A stretch of 64,000 nucleotides of DNA from the NCBI GenBank assembly GCA_013239625.1, contig MU053561.1, forward strand, positions 4,155,992-4,219,991, written 5' to 3'. The notes beneath the pieces are model-generated. The model saw nothing but the letters and a program-made list of their open reading frames with translations, made no database searches and was not told where the DNA came from. How positions within the stretch are numbered: position 1 is the stretch's first letter; each line of letters begins with the position of its first letter. The translations under genes were made by a program, and so were the position numbers. Shown here one piece after another: positions 23,290 to 36,034 of this stretch. This stretch comes from Lama guanicoe. Its lineage: Eukaryota.

Positions 23290-26200
23290 TTTATTTTGTT
23301 TTATTGTCAAATAATGTTTCATTGTGTGGATATATCTCATCCACTTGTCAGCTGATGGGCTTTTGGGTTGTTCCCACTTTTGGGGCTATTATGAATAGTG
23401 CTACTATGAACATTCGCATAAAAGTTTTTGTGTGGACACATATTTTCAGTTTTCTTGGATATACACCCAGAATGGAACTGCTTGGTCATATGGTAACTCT
23501 ATGTTTAACTTTTTGAGGAACTGCCAAACTGTTTCCCAAAGTGGCTGCACCATTTTACAGTCCTGCTAACAAATGTTTGAGCGTTCCAGTTTCTGCACAT
23601 CCTCACGAACACTTGCTTTGTCTGTCATTTTATAAAGCCACTCTAGTGGGCATGAAATGCTGTTTCATTGTACTTGGATTTACATTTCCCTAACGACTAA
23701 TGATTTTGAACATCTTTCGTGTGGTTTGTGTCCACTGGCATATATTCTTGGGAGAAATACGTATTCAAATCCTTGGACCATTTTCTTGCCTAACTGCTCT
23801 GGGTAGAGCCTCCAGTACCATATTAAATAGAAGTGGAAAGAGTGGATAGCATTGTTTTCCCCTGATCTTAGGGGGATGCTTTCAGTCTTTTACTATTAAG
23901 TTTCACATTAGTCATCAGTTTTTCAGCATGAAAGGGTATCCAATTTTGTCAAATGTTTTTCTGCTTTTATTAAGATGATCGTGAGATCTTTAGCCTTTGT
24001 CAGTTAATATGGTGTACTACAGTGATTAATTTTCACATGTTGAATCAACCTTGAATTCCTGAGATAAATCCTACTTGGTCATGGTATGTAACCCTTTTTA
24101 TATGTTTCTGGGTTTGGTTTGCTAGTGTTTTGTTGAGGATATTGATATCTATATTCATAACAGATACTGGCCTGTAGTTTTTCTGGTGATGTCTTTGTCT
24201 GATTTTTAAATCGGGCCTTATAGTCTGAGTTAGGTGGTATTCTTTTCTATTCCATTATTTTTAATAGTTTGTGAAGTAGAGGTATTAATTCTTTTTTAAA
24301 TATGTAGTACAGTTCACCAGTTAAGCCATATGGGCCTGGGTTCTTCTTTGTGAGATGTTTTTAAACTACTAAGTCGATCTCTTTACTCGTTATAGGTCTA
24401 TTCAGATTTTCTATTCATTCTTGAGTCAATTTCAGCAGTTAGTGTCCTTCTAAGATTTTCCATTTCATCCAAGTTATCTAATTTGTTGACATACAGTCAT
24501 TCACAGTATTTCCTTTTAACTCTTTCTATTTCTGTAAGGTCAGTAGTGATGTCTCCTCTTTCATTCCTGATTTTAGAAACTTGAGTGTTCTTAATCTCCC
24601 TTAGTTATTGATCTTTTCAAACAACCAACTTTTGGTTTCATTGATCTTCTCTGTTGTTCTTCTACTCCCTACTTCATTTATTTCCACTATAGTATTTATT
24701 ATTTCCTTCTTTCTGCTAGCTTTGGGTTTAGACTGCTCTTCTTTTCCTAGTTTCTTCAGATGTAAGGTTATGTTACTGATTTGAGATCTTAATTATTTTT
24801 TAAGTGTTTACAGCTAGAATGTCCCTTTAATCTTTAGGTTGTTTTACAGTCTGTCCCATGGGCCCTTGAGAAAGATGTGTATTCTGCTCTTATTAGGTGA
24901 AGTGTTCTACTGATGTGTTAGATCAAGCTGGTTTGTAATCTTGTGCAAGTCTTCTTTTTCCTTGTCACTCTTCTGCCCAATTGTTCTATCCATTATTGAA
25001 AATACGGTATTAAAGTCTCCAACTATTATTGTTACCTTTCTCCCTTTAATTTTTTCAGTTTTTCTTCATGTAGGTACATATATATTTATAATTTTTCTTC
25101 TTGCTGGATTGATTCCTTTATCATTATAAAACGCCTTTATTTATCTCTAACAATAATTTTTGTCTGAAAGCCTATTTCAGCACAGCTATTCCAGCTTTCT
25201 TTTGCTTACTGTTTACATGGTATATCTTTTTTCAGACTTTTACTGTCAACTTATTTATGTTATTGAATCCAAAGTTTGTTTCTTATAGACAGTATTTGGA
25301 TTATGCTTTTTATCTATCTGCCAATCTCTGCCTTATGATAAAAGTATTTAATACATTTACATTTAATGTATTAAACTACTAAACATAAACTACTACTAAA
25401 ATAGAATTTACACTTGCCATTTTGCTATTTGTTTTCTATATGTCTTATGTTTTTGGTCCTCTATTACTGCATCACTGCCTTCTTTATGTCAAATAGATAT
25501 CTTCTAGTGTACCATTTTAATTCCCTGTTGTTTCCTTTAATTTTTATAGTTATTTTCTTAATGGTTGCCTTGAGGATTATAATTCACATCTTAACTAAAA
25601 CAATCTCACTTGGTTAATACCAACTTAATCTTAATTCTATAAATCTTTGCTGTAATATAATTTTATCCACTTCCTGCATCATTTGTGTTCTTATTGTCAT
25701 AGAAGTTATATCTTTATACATTGTAAATCCATCAACACAATTTTATAATAATTGCTTTATGCATTTTCTTTTAAATAAGATAGGAAAAGGAAAGAGTTGC
25801 AAACAAAAATATATTTATACTGCCTTTTACATTTACCTATATAGTTACCTTTACAGTGCTCTTTATTCCTTTATGTAGATTCAAGTTATTGCTGTGTATC
25901 CTTTTATTTTAGCCTGAAGTACTCCCTTCAGTATTTTCTGTAGGGAAGTTCTCCTAGTAATTTTTTCATAAATTTTTTGTTTCTCTTAGAATGCCATAAT
26001 TTCTCCTTCATTTTGGAAGGACAGTTTTGCTGTCCTTCCAAATATAAAATTCTTGGTTGATACTCTTTCAGTACTTTGGTGCATCATCACACTGCCTTCT
26101 AGCCTCCATGGTTTCTGATGTAAAGTCAGCTGTTAATCTTATTGAGGAACACTTGTATATGATAAGTTGTTTTTCTCTTACTTATTTTAATAAGTCTTTG

Positions 26201-26880
26201 ACTTTGACTTTCAATAATTTGACTATGACATGTGTAGATATCTTTGAATTTATCCTACCTGGAGTTTGTTGAGTATCTTGGATGGAGCCCTCTACACACT
26301 CTCATTCCTCAGGTTTTTCTTTCAAGATTTTTAGTCAGCCTCTTGCCTCAAGTGGTACTGCCCCAAGTGGCTTCAAGTAGTTCAATGTTAAACAATTGCA
26401 CCTGATTGTTTTTGATAAATACCCAAGGGACAGAGCTTTCCTTGCTGAGGGAACTGAGTCAGGCAAACCAAAATAAGCCCTGTAAATGGGACATTTCCAG
26501 GAAACTTCCAGATTGATCAAGTAATAACAATTCTCTGTTCATGGAGATGGGGCTTCTCAGGGCACTCCAAACCCATTCTGCCCCCTTCAGTGATTGCTAG
26601 GCTGCTGGTTTTCACAGGTACCATGGTTTCAAGGCTGTTGGTTTCCAGGCTACCACAGAGCTGGGGAGAGTGAATGGGACTAGAGCAAGTTAAAACACTA
26701 CAAAGCTTGCTATTCTTACCAAGATGGCTTCTTTAAATAAACACTCTTCTAATTGTTAAAGTCTTCTGTTAATTTCCATAATTCTGAAAAACTGATTATG
26801 GCATTCCCCACAATGTTCTAGCTACTTTTATAGAGAAATTAATTTTTAGAGGTCCTTACTCCATCATTCCAAAATGCTTC
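23290..26880 (-). mobile_element. Old fragmented LINE-1 (L1M-type) block
   Basis: T-rich antisense L1 motifs (ttcccaaagtggctgcaccatttta; atcctacttggtcatggt; ctattcagattttcta; cttttcaaacaaccaacttttgg; gcctccatggtttctgatg...aagtcagctgttaatct). No intact ORF. Confidence 0.85.
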
Positions 26881-26889
26881 CACCCTTAT

Positions 26890-28393
26890 AAGGATTTAAA
26901 GGACATGTCTTGAAGATTATCTTTATTTATTTTTTTAATTTTTAAAATTGAAGTATAGTCAGTTTATAATTCTTTTTATTTAAAAGTAGAGCTTCTTAAC
27001 ATTATAAAGGGTTGTTTCACAGCAGCTTCATTGGGAGCCTAATGTAGAGAAGACCTTCTCTCAAACATCATTGTGGGTATGGCTTTTGATTAGTGGAGTG
27101 GATTATAAACTGATACATAAAAGACCACAAAGGGTTTATTTAAGGCTTTTAAAAGATTATACCAGTTTCAATTGAGAGAGACAGACATTTCAAAGTGAAG
27201 AGGTCTTTTAACACCCAAACTTTTACAAGCAGAAAGTAGGCTTGGAACTCAGCTGAAAACATGAACTGTTTTACGTGTAAAAAGAAGAGTGACTCAGAAG
27301 GTAAGATTAAAATCCCAAGATCCCAAAAGGGAGACCCAAGAGACAAAGACAACAATTCCCAGAGAACAGAATTGAGTCCTAATTATGGAACAAACTTGCA
27401 ATATGTGCTCAAATATATTTCAGAATTACTGTGGACCAGTGACTGCTATATTCCTCTTATTTTCCTCTTTACGAACCAAAGAGTGTAGAGCTTACGCCTA
27501 ACCTACCATTATATGTTGGCTATGTGGGGAGCAGAAAACATCTCTTTGTTTACAGTTCTTCATATTAAAAAGAATACATTCAAACTGATCCTTAAGGACC
27601 ACACTTAACTAGCCTCATTCATATTTGAACCTGATTTAAATGATGAGATTCTGGACTTCAAGCTGATGCCATAATGGGATAAGCCTTGGATGTCTAGGGG
27701 AAGGAGATGAGTACATTCTGAAAAAAAAAAAAAAAAGGGCGGGAGGGGGATGGTGAACTGTTGTGGCCAGAGGGTGGACTGTGGTAAACTGTAATTTTCA
27801 AAGATAGTCATAATAATATTTCACATCCCCACATGCTTTCCTTACAATGTTATTTTGATATTCTTCCCATTGAGTGATGGTGTCCATGTCCCTTCCCCTT
27901 GAACCTAGGTGGACCTTTTGGACCTTTGTGTCTGCCTCTATCAATATAGATGAGACAGAAGTAACACTGTAATTTTCAAGGTTAAATCATAAAAAGTCCA
28001 TGCACTGCTGCCTTCCACTTCAGGGGTACACACTCTTGGAACTCAGCCACCATGTTGTTAGAAAGTCTAAACTATCCCACATGGAGAGGCCATGTGTAGG
28101 TTTACTGTCCACCAGCCCAGTTCAGATCCCAGCCAACAGCCAGAATCAACCACAAACCATGTAAACTCCTGACATCTCCAGATAATCCTAGGTCCCAGCT
28201 GTTGAGTCATCCTCTATCTTCAAGTCTTCCCAGCTGAGTCCCCAGATGTTGTGAAAGAGAGATAAGCCATTCTTTCTACAACCTGTCCAAATTTCTGATC
28301 CACAGAAACCATGAAAGATAATAAAACAATTCTCATTGTTTTAAGTCACTAAGTATGGGGATGATTTGTTTTACAGCAATAGACAACTGGAAC
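26890..28393 (+). mobile_element. ERVL-MaLR (MLT1-type) internal remnant plus 3' LTR (LTR ~27780-28393)
   Basis: Purine-rich tract agagggtggac precedes tgtggt...caaagat..., and the element ends with the MLT1-like ...ttgttttacagcaatagacaactggaac. Confidence 0.75.
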
Positions 28394-28639
28394 TTATACC
28401 TTGACAATATCATTTAAAACCCCATGCGTGGACATTTGAGTTACCTAATTTTTTTGCAACTGTGAACATTGCTGCTATGAACATTCTTGTAGACTTTCCC
28501 TCCACACATCTAAAAGAGTGTCTCTTGGGTATATACTTAGCTGTTCAAATTTACAGAATAATGTCAAACTGTTTTTCAAAGAGGTTGTACTAAGTTACAT
28601 TCCATCAACAAGGTAAAAGTAATCCTGTTGATCTCTTAC

Positions 28640-29035
28640 CTAAGGGCTCTTACACTGGTTATCCCCTCTGCCTAGAATTCTTTTCCCCTAGACATTCAGC
28701 AATTCACTCCCTCATGCTTTTCAAATCTTTCTCAAATGTTACTTTCTCAATGAGGTATACCCTGACTTACTCCATTTAAATTGAAATTTATCCCACTATC
28801 CCCAACATCGTTCTCAACTGACTTCACCTTTTTCTATATCTCCCTTTCTAGCATACTATATAACCAGCTAATCACTACATTTATTGCTTCTTGTCCATCT
28901 CCTCCCAGAATAATGTAAGCCACCACAAGAACTGGCATTTTTGTCTTTTTGTTCACTGCTATGTCCTGAGCACCTAAAAGCATACCTAGTGAAAAGTAGG
29001 GCTGGATGAATTTTCATTGAATAAATGAATGAATG
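28640..29035 (+). mobile_element. LINE-2 3' end
   Basis: L2 3' motifs (ttgttcactgct...cctaaaagcatacctag...) ending in the tgaataaatgaatgaatg tail. Confidence 0.75.
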
Positions 29036-29263
29036 TCTACATTTTTTCCAATGCCCTATATTAACGGACTTTGTAATTTTTGCCAATTAAACAGATAAAT
29101 GTTAACTCAATGTTGTCCTAATTTATTTTTCCTTGATAACTCATGAGACTGAATTCCTCTCCATGACATTTCATAGCCATATAAATTTCTTTTTCCATGA
29201 AACCCCTGTTCATGTCATTTATCCATTTCCTATTTGAATTGTTTGCTCGCTCTCTTTTTTCCC

Positions 29264-29357
29264 TTTTTTTTTTTTTTTAATGGAGGTACTGGGGACTGAA
29301 TCCAGGACTTTGTGCATGCTAAGCTTGTGCTCTACCGCTGAGCTATTACCCCCTCCC
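29264..29357 (-). mobile_element. Camelid Vic-1-like tRNA-derived SINE (short form)
   Basis: Minus strand: gggagggggtaatagctcagcggtagagcacaagcttagcatgcacaaagtcctggattcagtccccagtacctcca, then an A tail; Pol III A/B-box-like motifs. Confidence 0.85.
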
Positions 29358-31270
29358 ATTTTTTCTCTTTTTATTGAATTGTAAGAATTCTGCATGTATA
29401 ATCTTGATACTGATCTTTTGCAAGTTATATGTACTGCAAATATCTTCTCCCAGTGTACTTGTCTTTAGCATGTTTAATAAACAGAAATTCTTTGTTTTAA
29501 TATAATCAACGTTACGGTAAATTCTTTTTATGTCTTGTTTAAGAATAAACTATTCTTAGGCCAGAGCATCAGTAGGGGGGGCAGTCCTTTCTTAAACTTT
29601 CTTTTTAATTAAAAACTTACTTTATTGACTACAGAGGTTCTGTGCATGAAATTTAAGATATTGCAAAGGCCCTCCAGGGAGACAAGCCCAACCACCCCCA
29701 GAGCCAGGCCCCTCTCTTTCACTCAGCCTCTTCACCTTCTCCCCTCTGGCAACATAATGAGAGATAACACCATCAATCACGCCCCAAGAGCTGCCATGTG
29801 GGCAAGAGGCGAGGAAAGTGGAAAAGAGCCCAAGGGAAGGGGCTGCAGTTTAGAAATACCAACTGGCAGGAGTAGCCCTCCCCCTGCCAGAGGACTGGAC
29901 AAGTCCCAGCAGAGGACTCAAAGGGGCATTTAGGGATTTGAAATGTAGCAAAAACGATGATAATGAAGGGAGGAACTAAGGAGAGCTCCAGCTAAAGTGG
30001 AAAGTGCTTTTAAAAAAGGGACACCCTTTCAGATGAGCCCCACTGAGGCAGGGGACAGTCAGGGTAACCTCTGTGCCTCTAGGAGAACCAGCACTGGTGT
30101 GATCTACACGTTGGCACAGGTTTCTGGAAATGAGTGGACATCAAAGGACAGGGAGGGAGAAGGGAATGGGGTTGTTTGAACCCAAGGCTCTATGTCACTA
30201 GTGTTCAGACCTTAATTTGTCATTCACTGATCACAGGCTTCCAAAGGCCTCCTCAGCTTCACAACCCAAGGATAAAAGTTATTTTTCCTGAATGGAGAAA
30301 GGGAGAAATTGCAAAACATAAACACAGAAGATGCCCCTGTCCACCTTCCTAAGATTAGCTCAGCTATCAGTGTATAACCTGCAGGGATTCTCAAAGGCCC
30401 AAGTTGCCCACAACCAGCCGAGTCACTAAATCTCATCTGAAGTGTTCAGATTTTGCCTCCAGTGAATATTTGGCTTTGACACTTTCTGTCATCTCTGCTG
30501 AAAAGAGAATCAACAACCAGTCGCTGCTGCCAGAGCTATGGGCATGGGCAAACCTCCCACCTCAGGCCATCCTCCTCTGCACCCACCTCCCCAACTCTCC
30601 AGAGAGAGACGGCCAGTGCTGAGCACTGGACTGAGAGCCAAAGAGCCCAACCCTGCTCAAAGTATGTCTCCTCTTGCACACGACACAGCAGTTGTTCCAC
30701 TTGTTCTGAGATGAAAAGCAAGGCCAGAAACTGAAAGGCCATCAGCTGGAGAAGGGAGTTCAGGTCTGCCCTTTATCCTAGACCACAGGCTGCAGGAAAA
30801 CATCAAATGAACCTCTGTGTCCTGCAAAATGGCACGAGGCACCCACTCATCTCAGGGCAAATCCCCCAGCCTGGGAGATATCACCAGGCCCGTGATCATG
30901 AGAATTTCTCCTCTAGCCTTTTCAAGAAATGTGGTCCCCACACAGGCAGACAGCACCAGGACATGGGTGGTTTGGGCCCTGATGGGTAACTCTTCAGGAA
31001 AGGGAGCCCCACACCCCAACTATTCACAGCGTGCCAACCTTCCAGCCCTAGCTCGAGAACCTGCACACAAACAGGGCCTACCCAGAGAATCTGAAGCATG
31101 GGAGTGGGCGGAGGGGAGTGGGAGTCCTGCCTCCAAGGAGCTCCCAGTGTAAGGAAGAAAAATCATTACGATGTTCCTAATCTAAAGGGTGGTGGAGTCT
31201 GCTGTCAGGTAAAGAACCTCCCCACAGAAAGTTCTTCAGCACAGGGAGGCCCCAACAAGGCAGATCACAA

Positions 31271-31404
31271 TAGAGTTACTGCACTGAACAAGCAAAAACA
31301 TAAGACATCCAGTGAAACTTCATTTTCAGATAAATAAGGAATCTTTTTAGTATAAGCATGTCCCATGCAATATTTGGGACATAATTAAATTTAAAAAGAA
31401 ATCC
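31271..31404. mobile_element. MER53-like palindromic DNA element, left part
   Basis: ttttcagataaataag...ttttagtataagcatgtcccatgcaatatttgggacata, the MER53 central hairpin; the element is interrupted by an L1. Confidence 0.75.
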
Positions 31405-32537
31405 ACAAAAAGACAACTTATGGAATGGGAGACAATTTTTGCAAAAGATAAGACTGACAAGGGCTTAATCTCCAGAATATATAAACAGCTCATACAACTT
31501 ACTAACAAAAAAACAAACAACCTAATCCAAAATTGTGCCAAAGACCTAAACAAGCATTTCTCCAGTGAATACATACAAACAGCCAATAGGCACATGAAAA
31601 AATGCTCAACATCACTAATTATCAGAGAAATGCAAATCAAAACTACAGCGAGGTATCACCTCACACCAGTAATAATGGCCATCATTCAAAAGTATACAAA
31701 TGATAAACGCTGGAGAGGGTGTAGAGAAAAGGGAACCCTCCTACACTGCTGGTGGGAATGTAGCTTGGTGCAGCCATTATGTCAAACATATTAGGGATTC
31801 CTCAAAAACCTAAAAATAGACTTACCAATATGACCCAGCAATCCCTGTCCTGAGCATACACCCAGAAGGAACCTTAATTCAAAAAGATACATGCACCCCA
31901 GTGTTCATAGCAGCACTATTTACAACAGCCAAGACAAGGAAACAACCTAAATGTCCATTAACAGACGACTAGATAAAGAAGCTATGGTATATTTTTACAG
32001 TGGAATACTACTCAGCCATAAAAAAGAAAATGCCATTTGCAGCAACATGGATGGACCTGGAGGCTGTTATTCTAAGTGAAGAAAGCCAAAAAGAGAAAGA
32101 AAAATACCATATGATATCACTCATATGTGGAATCAAAAAAAAAAAAAAAACAAAAAAAAAAACAAAAAAAACAAAAACAAAAACAAAAACCACAAACTTA
32201 TCTTCAAAGCAGAAACAGACTCACAGGCATAGAAAACAAACTTATGGTTACCAGCAGGGAAAGGCGGTGGAAAGGGATAAACTGAGAGTTTGAGATTTGC
32301 AGATACTAACTAATATATATAAAATACACAAGCTTATACTGTATAGCACAGGGAACTACACTCAATATCTTCTAGTAACATAGTGAAAAAGAATATGAAA
32401 ATGAATATATGTATGTTCCTATATGACTGAAGTATTATGCTGTACACCAGAAATTGACACAACATTGTAAAATGACTATACTTCAATAAAAATATTTTTA
32501 AACAAACAAATAAATAAAATGGTGCAGCTATTGTGGG
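31405..32537 (+). mobile_element. 5'-truncated lineage-specific LINE-1 (ORF2 C-terminus, 3'UTR, A tail)
   Basis: ORF2-like peptides [23 protein letters not shown]...[27 protein letters not shown] and EYYSAIKK...FAATWMDLE. AATAAA and A-rich tail; TSD aaaaagaaatcc (31393-31404) / aaaaaaaaatcc (32538-32549) at a TT/AAAA site. Confidence 0.93.
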
Positions 32538-32601
32538 AAAAAAAAATCCTCATTTATCTGCAACTTAAATTTAACTAGATACCTTGTACCTGGCAACTCT
32601 A
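32538..32601. mobile_element. MER53-like element, right part
   Basis: tttatctgcaacttaaatttaactagataccttgtacctggcaactcta, the inverted counterpart of the left part. Confidence 0.75.
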
Positions 32602-32769
32602 GAACGGGACAAAATCACAAGGCCCAAACCTAAGTCTGTGTGTGTGGCAACGTGTGAGAAGACAGAAATTACGGAGTCACACAGTCGTAATGCTGAGGGG
32701 ACAGAAAATAAAAAGGTGGCTCAGAGTCAGCAGCGGGCAGTGCCCAGGTTACCTGGAATACCTCAGATT

Positions 32770-33095
32770 CTGACCGTCCCGCGGCTGCTGCCGGCTGCAT
32801 CCCTGGGTCGTAGGCAGTGTGGGACCCTGAGGAATGAGTCCGGCGGCCCGGCGGCCCGGCGGCCCGGCGGCCCGGCGGCCAGCGGCGTTCCCCGGAGCCA
32901 GAGCTGCAGCAAAGCACCCTGGGAGAGCGGGGCCGGGGCGGGGCTTCGGGGAGGCGGGGCTTCTGGGAGGCGGGGCTTCGGGAGGCAGGGCTTCGGGGAG
33001 GCGGGGCCAGGATCCCCCAGCGAGCGCAGATGGTGCCCCAGGACAGCGCGCTTTCAAAGTGAAGAGGGAGGAAAGCTCCGTGAGTCCAACGCTGC
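32770..33095. promoter_or_regulatory. Small CpG island with GC-box tandem repeats
   Basis: (CGGCGGCC)5 at 32841-32880; ~4.5 copies of GGCGGGGCTTCGGGGA at 32937-33008; dense CpG. Confidence 0.7.
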
Positions 33096-33839
33096 TGGGG
33101 GTACTGGTAACAGGGAACCTGTGAGCTGGGGAAGCTGAAGGCCAGGAAACGGCATGATCCAGAGCAGAAGACGCAGTCTCTGAAGGCCCGAACTCCCTGC
33201 TAAGTCAACTCAGAACACCTCTGCCTAAGGGAAGTCAGAGGTTCCATCTTCTCAGAGGGAACCTTCAGAAAGGCAGTTTTTCAGAGACAGTTTTAGCAAC
33301 CTCGGCTCCCACAGGCCTGAGCATTGAGGATTGCTGGCACTCACCTTGCCGCAGTTCAGGCCTTCCTCTTCCTCTCCTCTTCCTGACTTGGGGCACCTGG
33401 CTCCTGGTCCCTGGTGTCCTCCTACCAGAAGGACTGAGAAGATCTGAACGGTCCTGAACATCGGGTCAGAGCAGCTCTCACCATCGCTGAGAGTGGCAGG
33501 CGGGCTGCCTTCTTTGGGGAGCTCTGAGGAGAACCTGAGGCAGCCTCAGCATCACCACTGCTGTTATTGCTGTTTACCAGGCACTAATTGTATACCAGGC
33601 AATGTTAAGAACTTTATCCACTGCCTCGCTTAATGCACAAACCACCTGGGAAGTGGGCACCGTTGATTCCGTTTTACAGACGAGGACCTGAAAGCCCCGG
33701 GCATCTACCAATCTAGACAGTTAACACTCAAAGGTAGAGGAGACCGGTGAGACAAAATACCGGACTTCGGAATTGATCTTTGAGGCTAAATTCCCGATTC
33801 TTAGGGGAGAATGGTAAGTCCTTGCAAAGCTGCTCTCTA

Positions 33840-33854
33840 ACAGCAGGGGGCGCC
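33840..33854 (+). promoter_or_regulatory. CTCF-like motif
   Basis: ACAGCAGGGGGCGCC within a CpG-retaining patch (~33660-34050). Confidence 0.65.
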
Positions 33855-34624
33855 AATGTCCTCTAAAAGGTACTAACCGCGGAAAATCTAGACGCGATTG
33901 GTACAGAGGAATACAGATGCCAAAGGGAAGAAGTGGAAACCCTCCCCTGGGCCCCACGAACCCCAGAAAAGAAACTCAAAATAAAACTGGTCTGTGATGT
34001 AGACAGCTCAGGCCCAGATTCAGATCCCGGGTTATCGAGCCGTCTTATCAGCTTCCCCAGAGCTCAGACAATGTCCCATGGGGAAAACCAGCCTGGCCTT
34101 TGCGGCTCCTATGGTTTCTCATCTGTCATACCAGCCTTCGAGATGGCCATAACCTCTGCGGTTTCTCTTTCCCTACATGGAGTGTGCCGGCTCAGGTCAA
34201 GTCCACGCCATGCTCAGAATAGGCACATGCCCCCAAGGAAGGAAATGAGTAGAGATCAGCTGGCCTAGGAAAGGCTTTCTTCTCTAATTTAGTTCTCCTC
34301 CTATTCATTGCATTCACTGCTCTCCATTGTCTTTCAAAACATGACTTTTACAACTTACCCAGTTTTCTTCTAGTTACTGTGTTATTGCAGTGGTACTGGT
34401 GGTGGCCTGTTGCAACTTTCTACATCCTACTTAGGAGCAGAAGTCCAGTTTCACCCTCTAAGCTTCTGCTTTCTCACTTGTGAAATGATTAGGAGTGTGT
34501 AAATATTAAGTGAAAGGAAGGATGTCAATCAGCCAACACAGTGCCCAGAGCGTCGGGGCACTTCGCAGAGAAGGAACTTTACTTTGGTCGGCCACCTGAG
34601 GGATTTGCGGGGGAGGCCCTCTGG

Positions 34625-34860
34625 GTCCTGGTGAAGAGCACTGGCCTTGGTGTCAGTAGGCTCAGATTTGAACCCCAGCTCCCCAATTTGTAAGTTGTTT
34701 GACCTTGAATAAGTTGCTTAACTTCGCTCAGCCTGTTTTCTCCCTAGTCAAATGAGAAAAACTAATGTCTATCTCATAGTTTTGTGAGGATGAAATGAGA
34801 TCCCATATGTGAAGCCCCTGACACTGTGCTTGGCTCCTGGTAGGGCCTCAGTGGTAGCTA
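34625..34860 (+). mobile_element. MIR SINE
   Basis: MIR core: tttgaaccccagctcc...tgaccttgaataagttgcttaacttcgctcagcctgttttctc...tgtgaggatgaaatgaga. Confidence 0.75.
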
Positions 34861-35069
34861 GTGGTACATCTTATTTCACTTACTAGCTGAAATCAGGGTA
34901 GGCAGATTAAGGCATTGTAGTATTTGGAGAGTGCCTATAAAAGACCAAATGTTATCATGGGTATCACAAAGCCCTAAGGTAATAATAAAGGTTTCTTACA
35001 CTTTGTATCCATTGAGCAATTGTCCCAAGTGCTTTGACAATCACCATCTCTCCACATCCTCACCACCAC

Positions 35070-35210
35070 CAGTCGGCCCTTCATATCTGTGGGTTCCATA
35101 TTCAGATTCAATCAACTGCAGTTTCAACCAACTACAGATCGAAAATATTCAGGGAAGAAAAATTCCGGAAAGTTCCAAAAGGCAAAACTTGAATTTGCTA
35201 CATGGGCAGC
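35070..35210 (+). mobile_element. Tigger4/Zombi-like DNA transposon terminal fragment
   Basis: cagtcggcccttcatatctgtgggttcc...aaagttccaaaaggcaaaacttgaatttgct. Confidence 0.7.
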
Positions 35211-35919
35211 TCTCCCAGGCAGGCAGAGGGCAGCATGTGTGAGAACTCACATGACAGTGCATGAAACAGTCAAAATTAGGGAAGGTGGCAAGCCAGGTGG
35301 CAGAGAGAGTGATGGTTAAAGCTCTATTGTGGCTGCATGTTCCTGTTAGACCCAGGCCCCAGCCACAGCCTGCAGGCCCAGCCTGTCCCGCCCTTGGTGG
35401 CCTCTCCGCCCCACCTTCTGCAGGGGAGGATCTAAAGAGCATTGAGAAAAGGGAGCAGGAGGCGGCCTTTCCAGGATTCTTTGATCTTAAACAACAGTAA
35501 CAGAGTCTGGCTTACTTCAGAAAAAAATTAATTTATTGGAAGCAGATGTTATAGCATCAAAGGAAAGGCTGAACAACTGAGACTTGAAGAGGACAGGCAC
35601 AAAGGGAGTGCCACAGATACAGGCAGCAGGGATTAAGGGACGGTCACCACCATCAGAACAAATCTTCCCAACCGCCTCCAGTCCTTGTGCTGCTCCACTG
35701 GGGATTCTGGTTCCCCAGAGACAGACTCACAGAGGCTCAGTTTGGGTCACATGCTCAGTTCTTGGCCACAAGACAATACACATAGACTGACAGTCTCTCG
35801 ATAAGACAGCTTCCAAGGGGGGAGGAGTGTTCCCCAAAGGAAAATCACAAAGAAATTATGGTGACATTCCATAGAAGTGGGAAAGGGTTCTGGGGAAAAA
35901 TAATTCAGCAATGGCTTGC

Positions 35920-36034
35920 AGTAATATGTAATGAAAAAGAATATGTATGTGTGTATGTATATATATATATATATATCTGAATCTCTATACAGTAATGAGA
36001 AACTAATACAACATTGTAAATCAAAAAAAAAAAA
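35920..36034 (+). mobile_element. Very short LINE-1 3' tail with (TA)n
   Basis: aatgaaaaagaatatgtat...(ta)n...ctgaatc...gaaactaatacaacattgtaaatc plus an A run; similar to the L1 3' ends at ~32385-32490 and ~43000-43095. Confidence 0.75.

Noticed and set aside
29281..29357. tRNA-like sequence (also at 43809-43883)
   Set aside because: A tails or TSDs and divergence show these are SINE copies, not tRNA genes.
31420..32293. ORFs with L1 ORF2 similarity as possible functional genes
   Set aside because: 5'-truncated, frameshifted L1 remnant lacking the endonuclease and RT domains.
32584..33138. 184-aa and overlapping ORFs over the orphan CpG island
   Set aside because: Low-complexity G/R/A/P translations of GC-rich tandem repeats with no recognisable domain.
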